Part shown: positions 20,293-30,033 of the stretch, one piece after another
Numbering within the stretch: position 1 is the stretch's first letter
Layout of the letters: each line of letters starts with the position of its first letter
Virus record (IMG/VR): IMGVR_UViG_3300043446_003177
Coordinates: 108,233-172,232 of that record
Length of the DNA stretch: 64,000 nucleotides
From: a virus
Reading direction: 5' to 3' (one strand)
The notes under the pieces: generated by a model
Databases searched by the model: none
What the model was told of the DNA's origin: nothing
Seen by the model: the letters and a program-made list of their open reading frames with translations, nothing else
Program-made: the position numbers and the translations under genes

Positions 20293-21978
20293 ATGGCAAA
20301 ATTATTTGGTTTTTCTATTGAGGATCAAACTCCTCAATTACCACCCACATCTTCCCCCATTCCTCAAAATAATGAGGATGGGGTTGATCATTATTTGACT
20401 AGTGGGTTTTTTGGATCGTATGTTGATATTGAGGGTGTATATAAAACTGAATTTGATCTCATAAAGAGATATAGAGAAATGGCTCTGCATCCAGAAGTTG
20501 ATGGAGCTATAGAAGATATTGTTAACGAAGCAATTGTATCTGATACTAATGACTCTCCAGTAGAAATTGAATTATCAAATTTAAATGCTAGCGATGGTAT
20601 TAAGAAGAAAATAAGGGAAGAATTTAAATATATTTTAGAACTTTTAGACTTTCATAGAAAATCTCACGAAATATATAGAAATTGGTATATTGACGGTAAA
20701 ATTTACTACCATAAAGTTATTGATTTAAAAAATCCCCAAGAAGGTATTAAAGAACTTCGTTACATTGACGCAATGAAAATGCGTTATGTTAGGCAGGCTA
20801 AAAAAGATACCAAACAACCATATAAAATTAGAAGACAAGACGAAGATCCTACGGATTTTACATTTATCGATATTGAAGAATATTTTGTATATAATCCAAA
20901 AATGACTTACTTATCAGGAAATCCAACAGGAACTGTTGGAAGTTCCGCTGGGGTAAGAATTGCAAAAGATGCAATTGCATATTGCACATCAGGACTGGTT
21001 GATAGAAACAGAGGAACAGTACTTTCTTATTTACATAAAGCAATCAAAGCACTCAATCAACTCCGCATGATTGAGGATTCACTAGTTATTTACAGACTAT
21101 CAAGGGCACCAGAAAGAAGAATATTTTATATTGATGTAGGCAATCTTCCTAAAGTAAAGGCAGAACAATATCTCCGTGATGTTATGATGCGTTATCGTAA
21201 CAAATTAGTTTACGATGCTCAGACTGGAGAAATTCGTGACGATAAAAAATTCATGAGCATGATGGAAGATTTTTGGCTTCCAAGAAGAGAAGGTGGTAGA
21301 GGAACTGAAATTACAACTCTTCCTGGTGGACAAAATCTTGGGGAGATTACTGATATTGAATATTTTAAAAAGAAACTTTACCGTTCTTTAAATGTCCCAC
21401 CATCCAGAATGGATGGGGAAGGTGGATTTAATCTTGGACGTTCATCAGAAATACTACGTGATGAACTTAAGTTCACCAAGTTTGTTGGTAGATTGAGAAA
21501 AAGATTTTCTGGAATGTTTAACGATATTCTTAAGACTCAATTAATTCTTAAGAACATCATAACTCCAGAAGATTGGGAGGCAATGAAAGATCATATTCAA
21601 TATGACTTCTTATATGATAATCACTTCTCCGAACTTAAAGAAGCTGAGTTACTAACAGAAAGACTCAATCTGGTAGCAACCGCAGAACCTTATGTCGGTA
21701 AATATTATTCTCAAGATTACGTTAGAAGAAAAATTTTAAGACAGACTGATCAAGAAATCATAGAACAAGACGAAATTATTAAAAAAGAAATAGAGGAAGG
21801 AATCATTCCAGATCCAAATGCACCAATAGATCCAGCAACAGGTCAACCAATGGATCCAAATTCAATGGATCTTGGACAACCTGTTATGGAACCAAATTTG
21901 GATTCTCAGGGAGCAGCAACTGAAGCTGATGGAAAAGCAGCAGAACCACCCCCATCTCCTCGTGGTGGGAAAATATAA
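20293..21978 (+). CDS. gp20: Portal protein gp20
   Basis: YRLSRAPERRIFYIDVGNLPK, EDFWLPRREGGRGTEITTLPGG; late promoter 20253-20259. Confidence 0.98.
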   Translation: MAKLFGFSIEDQTPQLPPTSSPIPQNNEDGVDHYLTSGFFGSYVDIEGVYKTEFDLIKRYREMALHPEVDGAIEDIVNEAIVSDTNDSPVEIELSNLNASDGIKKKIREEFKYILELLDFHRKSHEIYRNWYIDGKIYYHKVIDLKNPQEGIKELRYIDAMKMRYVRQAKKDTKQPYKIRRQDEDPTDFTFIDIEEYFVYNPKMTYLSGNPTGTVGSSAGVRIAKDAIAYCTSGLVDRNRGTVLSYLHKAIKALNQLRMIEDSLVIYRLSRAPERRIFYIDVGNLPKVKAEQYLRDVMMRYRNKLVYDAQTGEIRDDKKFMSMMEDFWLPRREGGRGTEITTLPGGQNLGEITDIEYFKKKLYRSLNVPPSRMDGEGGFNLGRSSEILRDELKFTKFVGRLRKRFSGMFNDILKTQLILKNIITPEDWEAMKDHIQYDFLYDNHFSELKEAELLTERLNLVATAEPYVGKYYSQDYVRRKILRQTDQEIIEQDEIIKKEIEEGIIPDPNAPIDPATGQPMDPNSMDLGQPVMEPNLDSQGAATEADGKAAEPPPSPRGGKI

Positions 21979-22004
21979 ATAGTTAAAATTTAAAATTATT
22001 AAAT

Positions 22005-22178
22005 ATGGATATGGAAGACCTAATCGACATGATTGCTACTGACGAAAGTCCTTCTCAGATTAGCGACAAAATTAAAGATCTATTATTTTCAAAAGCTGCT
22101 TCTAAGATTGATGAATTCAAACCAGATGTAGCAAATTCGATGTTTGACTTTGAATCAGAAGAATCAGAAGAAGAATAA
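22005..22178 (+). CDS. Small acidic prohead core protein, gp67-like position (57 aa, not in ORF track)
   Basis: MDMEDLIDMIATDESPSQISDKIKDLLFSKAASKIDEFKPDVANSMFDFESEESEEE; TATAAATA at 21974-21981. Confidence 0.7.
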   Translation: MDMEDLIDMIATDESPSQISDKIKDLLFSKAASKIDEFKPDVANSMFDFESEESEEE

Positions 22179-22216
22179 TAATAAATAATTATTATAATAA
22201 AATGAATTAGAAAATA

Positions 22217-22774
22217 ATGGCGCATAAACCAGTAGGTGCGGGAATTTCATTATCAACAACTGCCGTTTCAGCATTAACCACTTCATTTTCCGTTCAATCA
22301 AATGTTCTGAGAGTGACTGCAGTTAATGCTGGGGCATTTGTTGCAATTGGAACAAACCCAACCGCATCAATTACAGATTATTATATTCCTGCAGGAAAAT
22401 CAGAAACTCTTGCTTTAACAAAAGCATCACAAAGAGTTGCTGGTATAACAACCGGAACAACTACTATTATTGATTTTCCAGAAGGAACTCAAACTCCTTT
22501 TGTTGCTGGAGATTATGTTACCTTAACAGTCACTGGGCAATCTTATTACAATTTTACCCATGTTCCTGTTATTTCCGTAAATAATACTGCATCTTATGAT
22601 GGGTATTTTTCAAAGAGAATTGTCGTAGATTATAACTCAAGTGGTATTGTAACCGCATTTTCACCAACAACATCATATGCTGATTTGAGAGGATCTATCA
22701 GAGTTGCTGCTAGAACCGAAGGTGGATCTGGAACCGTTTATATTCAACAAGTACAAATTTCAGGACAAGCATAA
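22217..22774 (+). CDS. Putative virion structural protein (beta-rich)
   Basis: Late promoter 22181-22187; Thr/Ser/Val-rich; between portal and protease. Confidence 0.65.
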   Translation: MAHKPVGAGISLSTTAVSALTTSFSVQSNVLRVTAVNAGAFVAIGTNPTASITDYYIPAGKSETLALTKASQRVAGITTGTTTIIDFPEGTQTPFVAGDYVTLTVTGQSYYNFTHVPVISVNNTASYDGYFSKRIVVDYNSSGIVTAFSPTTSYADLRGSIRVAARTEGGSGTVYIQQVQISGQA

Positions 22775-23424
22775 TGAAACTTATTACCGAAGAAATCGAA
22801 TCAGTAGAAGTTCTTACCGAAACGGTCAACGGTAAGAAGACTCTTTATATCCAAGGACCTTTCCTTCAAACTGAAGTTGTAAACAGAAACGGTAGAATGT
22901 ATCGTTTACCTGTTATGGAAAGAGAGGTAAAGCGTTACACTGAACAATATGTAAATAAGGGTCGTGCTCTTGGAGAGCTTGGACACCCTGATGGTCCTAC
23001 TGTAAATCTAGATCGAGTCTCCCATAAAATTGTTTCACTTCACCGCGAAGGAAATAATTTTATTGGTAAGGCGCAAATCCTCTCAACTCCAATGGGAAAA
23101 ATTGCAGAGTCACTTTTAAAAGAAGGAGTTACTCTTGGCGTTTCCTCTCGTGGTATTGGTTCAGTCAAATCTACTCGTGAAGGTTTTACTGAAGTTGGCG
23201 AAGATTTCATGCTAGCAACTGCTGCTGATATCGTTGCCGATCCTTCTGCTCCTGACGCTTTTGTTCAGGGAATCATGGAAGGAAAGGAATGGGTTTGGGA
23301 AGGTGGAATGCTCAGAGAAAGAGCAGCACAAAAAACTTATAAGAGAATTAATACTCTTGTAGACCAAAAACGTCTGGAAGAGCATAAATTGAATCTATTC
23401 AATGAGTTTTTAAACTCATTGTAA
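22774..23424 (+). CDS. gp21: Prohead core protease gp21
   Basis: ALGELGHP, GVSSRGIGS, DIVADPSAPDAFV. Confidence 0.97.
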   Translation: MKLITEEIESVEVLTETVNGKKTLYIQGPFLQTEVVNRNGRMYRLPVMEREVKRYTEQYVNKGRALGELGHPDGPTVNLDRVSHKIVSLHREGNNFIGKAQILSTPMGKIAESLLKEGVTLGVSSRGIGSVKSTREGFTEVGEDFMLATAADIVADPSAPDAFVQGIMEGKEWVWEGGMLRERAAQKTYKRINTLVDQKRLEEHKLNLFNEFLNSL

Positions 23425-23483
23425 TTTGTTAAATTATAAATAAATATAGATTAAATTACACTAAGGTTAATCGGAGAGTTCAA

Positions 23484-24674
23484 ATGTCTCGTGGAGATTT
23501 ACAAGAAATGGAAGTAGGCACTAAGCAATCCAAAACCGCTGTCAATGCAAATGCAAAAGCGGGAGATCCAATGCCTAAACTAGCAGCAGGTGCCGTTGCT
23601 GGGCAAACAGGTGGTTGGGAAGATCTGGGTGGTCCAGATCCAACAAACTATCGTCCAGATGATGACTCGGCTAAATTAAAAACACCTGGAGCAACTCTTA
23701 AGCAAGTTAGAGATGTTGTTAATAAGGGTGCTAAAGCTGCAGATCCAACTCCTCATATGAAAGGTGCTGTTAAAGAAGAAACCGAAGAAGATGAGGAAGA
23801 TCTAATTGTAGACGAAGAGGATCTTGAAATCTCTGATGACGAAGAAGTAGTAGAAGAAGAAGCTTCTGAAAAAGAAGAAAAGGGTGAGAAGGAAGAGAAG
23901 GGTAAGAAGGATAAGGAAGAAGAAGAGGAAGAGGAAGAGATGGAAGAAGAGTTTAACATCGATGAAGATGTTAATGCTCTCTTAGATGGCGAAGAGCTCT
24001 CTGAGGAATTCCAAGAGAAAGCACGTATCATTTTTGAAGCTGCTCTTCGTTCAAAAGTTTCTGATATTAAAGAAACTCTTGAAGAGCAGTATGAGCAAAG
24101 ACTTTCTGAAGAAATTTCAGAAATCAAATCAGTTCTTCAAGAAAGAATTGATTCATACTTAGAGTATGTTGCTGACGAATGGTTTGAGGAAAATGCTCTA
24201 GCAATTGAGCATGGAATCAAAACCGAGATTACCGAGTCATTCCTCCAAGGAATGAAGGGTCTTTTTGAAGAGCATTATGTAACAATCCCTGAAGATAGAT
24301 ATGATGTTTTAGAGAGCATGGTAGACAAACTTGATGAAATGGAGACAAAACTCAACGAGCAGATTGAGAGAAATATTTCCCTAAACAAGCGCCTCGCAGA
24401 GTCGGTTGCTGACGGAATCTTAGATCAAGTCTCTGAGGGCCTTGCTGCTACTCAGAAAGAAAAGCTCGCTTCACTTGCCGAAAGTGTTGAGTTTGAAAGT
24501 GAAGAGGAATATCGTGAAAAACTGGAGACTTTAAAGGAATCATATTTTCCTTCCAGAACAGTATCTCCATCAGCTAAAACAGAAACCCTCTCAGAGGGTT
24601 TAGACAGAGCACCTGAAAATGTAACAGGTTCGATGGCGGCTTATCTGAGAACGCTTTCATCTTTTAGCAAATAA
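23484..24674 (+). CDS. gp22: Prohead scaffolding protein gp22
   Basis: Very acidic coiled coil, LSEEFQEKARIIFEAA, YLEYVADEW; TATAAATA 23435-23442. Confidence 0.95.
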   Translation: MSRGDLQEMEVGTKQSKTAVNANAKAGDPMPKLAAGAVAGQTGGWEDLGGPDPTNYRPDDDSAKLKTPGATLKQVRDVVNKGAKAADPTPHMKGAVKEETEEDEEDLIVDEEDLEISDDEEVVEEEASEKEEKGEKEEKGKKDKEEEEEEEEMEEEFNIDEDVNALLDGEELSEEFQEKARIIFEAALRSKVSDIKETLEEQYEQRLSEEISEIKSVLQERIDSYLEYVADEWFEENALAIEHGIKTEITESFLQGMKGLFEEHYVTIPEDRYDVLESMVDKLDEMETKLNEQIERNISLNKRLAESVADGILDQVSEGLAATQKEKLASLAESVEFESEEEYREKLETLKESYFPSRTVSPSAKTETLSEGLDRAPENVTGSMAAYLRTLSSFSK

Positions 24675-24724
24675 ACTGAATTTAATATTAAATCAAACGT
24701 AACAAACAACAGAGGTAAACGCAA

Positions 24725-26155
24725 ATGTTCCATTCCGAGCATCTGCAGGAAAAGTGGGCACCACTCCTCAACTATGAGGGTCTTGATCAAATCAAAGATT
24801 CGCATCGTAGAGCGGTAACCGCAGTCCTGCTAGAAAACCAAGAAAGATTTTTAAGAGAGCAATCTGCATTTGAAAGTGCAGGTTCATTCCTAACCGAAAC
24901 TCCAGTAAACAGCACTGCTTCAAGTTCAACTGCAGGTTTCGGTGGTAGCGCACAAGGATTTAGCGCAGGTCCTACCGCAGGTTTCGACCCTGTTCTGATC
25001 TCTCTGATCAGACGCTCAATGCCTAACCTTGTTGCTTATGATCTCGCTGGCGTTCAACCAATGAACGGTCCAACCGGCCTGATCTTTGCAATGCGTTCAC
25101 GCTACAACAACCAGAGCGGTACAGAAGCATTCTATAACGAAGTTGATACCGCATGGTCTGGTCAGCCATTTGGCCGCGATAACGAAGATGGATTTACCAA
25201 CGGTGCCGTTGGTATGGGTACTACTGCACAAAATGGTACAAACCCATCCGTTCTGAACGCAGCTGGTGCAGCTGGTGGCGACTACAATGTTGGTCAGGGT
25301 ATGCGTACTGACCAGGCTGAAGCACTTGATAGTGGTGCGGACGCTTTCAACCAGATGGCGTTCTCAATCGAGAAGGTTACCGTTACTGCAAAGTCACGCG
25401 CCCTCAAGGCTGAGTACACCTTAGAACTCGCACAAGACCTCAAGGCAATCCACGGTCTGAATGCTGAAGCGGAACTCGCAAATATTCTCTCAACTGAGAT
25501 TCTTGCTGAGATCAACCGCGAAGTCATCAGAACCATCTACAAGGTTGCTGAACAGGGTGCTGCTCAAAACACCGCTACTGCTGGTGTATTTGACCTCGAC
25601 GTTGATTCAAACGGTCGTTGGTCGGTTGAGAAGTTCAAGGGTCTACTCTTCCAGATCGAGAGAGATGCAAACGCAATCGCTCAAAGAACTCGTAGAGGAA
25701 AGGGCAACATCATCATGTGCTCTGCTGACGTTGCTTCAGCACTGACCATGGCTGGTGTTCTCGATTACACCCCTGCGCTCAATGCTAATCTGTCTGTTGA
25801 TGATACCGGTAATACTTTTGCTGGTACTCTGATGGGCAAATTCCGCGTCTACATTGACCCATATGCTGCTAACCTGACTTCAGGTAACGCTGCTCCAACA
25901 GGTGGTAACCAGTACTACGTTGTTGGTTATAAGGGTTCTTCACCTTATGACGCAGGTCTCTTCTATTGCCCATATGTTCCTCTCCAAATGGTACGTGCCG
26001 TTGGTGAGAACAGCTTCCAGCCTAAGATCGGCTTTAAGACCCGTTATGGAATGGTTGCAAACCCATTCGCTGAGGGTACTACCCAGGGTCAAGGCAATCT
26101 CACTGTTAACGCAAACCGTTACTACAGAAGAGTTGCTGTGAAAAATTTAATGTGA
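24725..26155 (+). CDS. gp23: Major capsid protein gp23
   Basis: GVQPMNGPTGLIFAMR, SRALKAEYTLELAQDLKAIHGL, FYCPYVPL, FQPKIGFKTRYG. Confidence 0.99.
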   Translation: MFHSEHLQEKWAPLLNYEGLDQIKDSHRRAVTAVLLENQERFLREQSAFESAGSFLTETPVNSTASSSTAGFGGSAQGFSAGPTAGFDPVLISLIRRSMPNLVAYDLAGVQPMNGPTGLIFAMRSRYNNQSGTEAFYNEVDTAWSGQPFGRDNEDGFTNGAVGMGTTAQNGTNPSVLNAAGAAGGDYNVGQGMRTDQAEALDSGADAFNQMAFSIEKVTVTAKSRALKAEYTLELAQDLKAIHGLNAEAELANILSTEILAEINREVIRTIYKVAEQGAAQNTATAGVFDLDVDSNGRWSVEKFKGLLFQIERDANAIAQRTRRGKGNIIMCSADVASALTMAGVLDYTPALNANLSVDDTGNTFAGTLMGKFRVYIDPYAANLTSGNAAPTGGNQYYVVGYKGSSPYDAGLFYCPYVPLQMVRAVGENSFQPKIGFKTRYGMVANPFAEGTTQGQGNLTVNANRYYRRVAVKNLM

Positions 26156-26174
26156 GTTTTCTTCACATTTATTC

Positions 26175-26200
26175 AAGACCTCCTTTGGAGGTCTTTTTTT
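26175..26200 (+). terminator. Rho-independent terminator after gp23
   Basis: AAGACCTCC-TTT-GGAGGTCTT plus T-run, followed directly by TATAAATA (26200-26207). Confidence 0.85.
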
Positions 26201-26232
26201 ATAAATAAAAATGTAAGAATTAGTTGTGAACG

Positions 26233-26559
26233 ATGCCTAGACCAATTACCAATACCACTGGATTTTATGGAGAAGGGAAAACCAAAAGACGGGCAGAAAA
26301 TCATCGTATAAATGTTAGAAAACGTAGAGATGAAAGAAAACAATACTTAGTTGATCATTTTGGAGATAAGTGTCATGATTGTAAAAATAGTTTTCCAGTA
26401 TGTTGCTATGATTTTCATCATATAGACCCATCTACAAAATCTTTTGAAATTGCCCCTAGATTAGACGGAAATTTGGAAACTATTATGGAAGAGGTAAAAA
26501 AATGTATAATGATATGCTCAAACTGTCATAGAATTAGACACTATAAAGAAAGCAGATAA
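26233..26559 (+). CDS. HNH endonuclease (free-standing, possibly homing)
   Basis: CHDC...YDFHHIDP..K...KCIMICSNCHRIRH. Confidence 0.85.
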   Translation: MPRPITNTTGFYGEGKTKRRAENHRINVRKRRDERKQYLVDHFGDKCHDCKNSFPVCCYDFHHIDPSTKSFEIAPRLDGNLETIMEEVKKCIMICSNCHRIRHYKESR

Positions 26560-26571
26560 ATAGTTAAAAAA

Positions 26572-27135
26572 ATGGCTACAAAAAATATTTACGATCATCA
26601 AATACAGAATAGAAATTTTCTATCTCCTGTTGGATTTAAATTTATATTAAACAAAAGTCCTAAGGTATCGTTTTTTAGTAACCAAGCAAATATTCCAGGA
26701 ATAGATTTAGGAGTAGCTATTCAACCAACATACCTAAAAGACATTGATGTTCCTGGTGATAAATTAGTTTTTTCTGATTTTAATTTGCGATTTTTGGTAG
26801 ATGAAAATCTTGAAAACTATATGGAGATACAAAACTGGATGAGAGGTCTTGGATATCCAGAAAGTCTTCAAGAAATATATGATTTACAAAAATCAAACAA
26901 AGCAATGGACGCACAACCAAAGTCCATGCTCAACATATATTCTGATGGTACTCTGCAAATACTAACAAGTAATAATAATCCAAATTTTAAAATAAAATTT
27001 AAAGACTTATTTCCTGTATCTCTATCCACTTTACAGTTTGATGCAACTATGAGTGATATAGAGTACTTTACGGCAGAAGTAATATTCAAGTATACTATTT
27101 ACAATATAACTGATTTGAATGGCGACCCTCTATGA
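26572..27135 (+). CDS. gp3: Tail completion / tube terminator protein gp3
   Basis: NFLSPVGFKF, ANIPGIDLG, FLVDENLENYMEI; late promoter 26556-26562. Confidence 0.9.
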   Translation: MATKNIYDHQIQNRNFLSPVGFKFILNKSPKVSFFSNQANIPGIDLGVAIQPTYLKDIDVPGDKLVFSDFNLRFLVDENLENYMEIQNWMRGLGYPESLQEIYDLQKSNKAMDAQPKSMLNIYSDGTLQILTSNNNPNFKIKFKDLFPVSLSTLQFDATMSDIEYFTAEVIFKYTIYNITDLNGDPL

Positions 27136-27569
27136 ATTTAGATCTTGATACTATACAAAGAATGTGGGAAGAAGATGCAAAAATTGATCCAGATAACTTA
27201 CATACTGAATCTCTAAACATTCCCATGTTACATGCAAAATATTTTAATTTATACAACACAATTTTTCTTTTAAGAAAAAAAGCAGAACAACAAAGAAAAA
27301 ATATTCGTCATGAGAGATATGAATACTTTACTGGAAAAGCAGATCCAGAAGTTTATGTAGAAAATCCCTTTCCCAAAAAAATCAGAGATAAAGAAACACT
27401 TCAAAAGTATTTGGATGCGGATGAAAAACTATCTCAGATTTGTTTAAAAATTGACTACTACGAAACTATCCTAAATTATATTGAGAGTATTCTTAAAGTA
27501 ATTCAAAACAGAACTTATCAAATTAAGAATGCTATTGAATTTATAAGATTCCAGGCAGGATATGGTTGA
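27132..27569 (+). CDS. uvsY: Recombination mediator UvsY
   Basis: ESLNIPMLHAKY...RTYQIKNAIEF. Confidence 0.92.
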   Translation: MNLDLDTIQRMWEEDAKIDPDNLHTESLNIPMLHAKYFNLYNTIFLLRKKAEQQRKNIRHERYEYFTGKADPEVYVENPFPKKIRDKETLQKYLDADEKLSQICLKIDYYETILNYIESILKVIQNRTYQIKNAIEFIRFQAGYG

Positions 27570-29034
27570 TACATCTAATCTAACTATTAGCAAGTCTAAC
27601 GAAGTTTTTTTAAAAATAAAAACAGAACCTCATATCGAATATGAACTAAAGGATTATTTTAAATTTGAGGTTCCCAATGCAAAGTTCATGCCCCAATATA
27701 GGGGCAGAAATTGGAATGGAGAAATTCATTTATTTGACTTAAGATCAAAACAAATATATGTTGGTCTTCTAGATAAGTTAATATCTTTCTGTAAAAATTA
27801 TAATTATACTTATTCTTTTGAAGAAAATAAGTTCTATGGTTTGCCCTTTGAAATTAATGAGGGCATATCATATGAAGGTGTTAAAGATTACATGAATTCT
27901 ATTTGCTCTCATACTCCTCGTTCGTATCAGGTAGACGGAGTATACGATGCTCTAAAACATAATAGAAAGCTATTGATATCACCAACTGCCTCGGGAAAAT
28001 CTCTGATGATTTATTCCTTAGTAAGGTACTATGTAGATAAAGGACAAAAAATTCTTTTAGTTGTTCCAACGACATCTCTTGTAGAGCAGATGTATAAGGA
28101 TTTTCAGGATTATGGTTGGAATGCTGACTCATATTGCCATCGGATTTATTCCGGAAGAGAAAGGACAAACGAATATCAAGTTACAATCACAACTTGGCAG
28201 TCAGTTTACAAATTAGAAAGATCTTTCTTTGAAGACTATAATGTAGTTATAGGAGATGAAGCTCATTTATTCAAAAGTAAGTCACTAATCGAAATAATGA
28301 CTAAACTTCATCATGCAAAATATAGATTTGGATTTACAGGAACTCTGGATGGAACACAAACTCACAAATGGGTTTTGGAAGGATTATTTGGTCCTTCATA
28401 TAAAGTAACAAGAACAGCAGAGTTGATGGAACAGGGACATGTTTCCAAATTAGACATAAAGTGTATTGTTCTTAAACATCCAGCTAATAAATTTTTTACC
28501 TTTGAAGATGAGATTCAATATCTTATTACTCATGAAAGAAGAAATAATTTTATAAAAAATTTATCTATAGATTTAAAAGGAAATACTTTAGTTCTTTTTT
28601 CTAGAGTGGAAACTCATGGATTACCTTTATTTGAACTAATAAATAAAAATACACATCAAGATAGAAAAGTATTTTTCGTTCATGGTGGTGTTGATGCAGT
28701 TGAACGTGAGAAAATTAGAGAAATTACAGAGAATGAATCTAATGCAATTATAATAGCATCTTATGGTGTATTTTCTACAGGTGTGAATATTAAAAATCTG
28801 CACAATGTAATATTTGCATCACCAAGTAAATCTAGAATAAGAAATTTACAAAGTATAGGAAGAGTTCTAAGAAAAAGTAAATTTAAAAATAAAGCAATGT
28901 TGTATGATATTGCAGATGATTGTACCCAAAACTCCAGAAAAAATTATACACTCAACCATTTAATTGAAAGAATAAAAATATACAACGAAGAAAATTTCAA
29001 CTATGAAATAGTAACTGTAAATTTAAAGCAATGA
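27562..29034 (+). CDS. uvsW: RNA-DNA/DNA helicase UvsW
   Basis: SPTASGKS, GDEAH, GFTGT, LQSIGRVLR. Confidence 0.97.
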   Translation: MVDTSNLTISKSNEVFLKIKTEPHIEYELKDYFKFEVPNAKFMPQYRGRNWNGEIHLFDLRSKQIYVGLLDKLISFCKNYNYTYSFEENKFYGLPFEINEGISYEGVKDYMNSICSHTPRSYQVDGVYDALKHNRKLLISPTASGKSLMIYSLVRYYVDKGQKILLVVPTTSLVEQMYKDFQDYGWNADSYCHRIYSGRERTNEYQVTITTWQSVYKLERSFFEDYNVVIGDEAHLFKSKSLIEIMTKLHHAKYRFGFTGTLDGTQTHKWVLEGLFGPSYKVTRTAELMEQGHVSKLDIKCIVLKHPANKFFTFEDEIQYLITHERRNNFIKNLSIDLKGNTLVLFSRVETHGLPLFELINKNTHQDRKVFFVHGGVDAVEREKIREITENESNAIIIASYGVFSTGVNIKNLHNVIFASPSKSRIRNLQSIGRVLRKSKFKNKAMLYDIADDCTQNSRKNYTLNHLIERIKIYNEENFNYEIVTVNLKQ

Positions 29035-29429
29035 TAGAAGACGATTTTTATGCAACATTAAAGTTAAAATCCGGAGAAGAAATATTCGCAAAGGTTTCTC
29101 CTTGTGAAGAAGAAGATAGAATGTTATTGCTTGTTAACAACCCAATAGTAATTACTGAAATCAAAGGTAAAAACGGAGTTATCGGGTATAAAATAGAACC
29201 ATGGTTGAAAACAACATCAGAAGATCTTTTCATTGTTGATATTGACAACATAATCACAATGTCTGAATCTTTTGATGTTGAAATGATCCAAATGTATCAA
29301 TCCTATGTAAGACAGGCAGGATTCTCAAAAGGGAATTATCAAAACACAAAATTGAATCGAAAGATGGGATATATTGCTAACGTCAATGATGCTAAAGAGA
29401 TCTTAGAGAAGCTTTATAAAAAAAGCTAA
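29031..29429 (+). CDS. Conserved hypothetical protein (Sm-like fold suspected)
   Basis: IKLxSGEEI-type N-terminus; usual position between uvsW and gp55. Confidence 0.7.
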   Translation: MIEDDFYATLKLKSGEEIFAKVSPCEEEDRMLLLVNNPIVITEIKGKNGVIGYKIEPWLKTTSEDLFIVDIDNIITMSESFDVEMIQMYQSYVRQAGFSKGNYQNTKLNRKMGYIANVNDAKEILEKLYKKS

Positions 29430-29458
29430 TATTATTGTTTTCAACCTCCACAAAGGTT

Positions 29459-29487
29459 ATTATACACATCATCCGGACACTTGTCAA
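29459..29487 (-). promoter_or_regulatory. Consensus sigma70-type promoter on the minus strand
   Basis: Reverse complement reads TTGACA-17 nt-TATAAT. Confidence 0.8.
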
Positions 29488-29509
29488 GCATTAAGAAAAG
29501 TGTTATCAT
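29481..29509 (+). promoter_or_regulatory. Sigma70-type promoter for gp55
   Basis: TTGTCA-17 nt-TATCAT with extended -10 TG. Confidence 0.6.
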
Positions 29510-29535
29510 GTACTGATAATATATAATAATATTAA

Positions 29536-30033
29536 ATGATAACCACAGCAATAATGACCAAAAGAAAAAGGTCAATTCACTATGTAAACAACAAAGAGTT
29601 TTTAGCAGCTTTGATTCAGTACAGAGAATCTGTTAAGATTGCTCAGACTAAAGATCAACCAAAACCAAAAATTCCTAATTACATTGGTGAATGTTTCTTA
29701 AAGATCGCAACTCATTTATCATTCAAACCTAATTTTGTAAATTACATCTTTAAAGATGATATGATTTCTGATGGGATTGAAAATTGTATTCAGTATATTC
29801 ATAATTTTGATCCCGAGAAATCTCAAAATCCTTTTGCTTATTTTACTCAGATTATTCACTACGCATTTCTGAGACGTATTCAAAAAGAAAAGAAGCAACT
29901 GGAAATTAAGAATAAGATTCTTGAAAGAACTGGTTTTGATGAGGTATTTGTTGATAACAACCTCATTGACGGATCAAACTATAGCGACTATAATAGCATT
30001 AAGGATAATGTTCACGCTAAACTTCGCTATTGA
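29536..30033 (+). CDS. gp55: Late transcription sigma factor gp55
   Basis: HYVNNKEFLAAL, YIGECFLKIA, NPFAYFTQIIHYAFLRRIQKEKKQ. Confidence 0.97.
   Translation: MITTAIMTKRKRSIHYVNNKEFLAALIQYRESVKIAQTKDQPKPKIPNYIGECFLKIATHLSFKPNFVNYIFKDDMISDGIENCIQYIHNFDPEKSQNPFAYFTQIIHYAFLRRIQKEKKQLEIKNKILERTGFDEVFVDNNLIDGSNYSDYNSIKDNVHAKLRY

Noticed and set aside
23770-23960. GAA-rich tandem-like sequence
   Set aside because: It encodes the poly-Glu region of scaffold gp22 and is not a DNA repeat element or CRISPR array.
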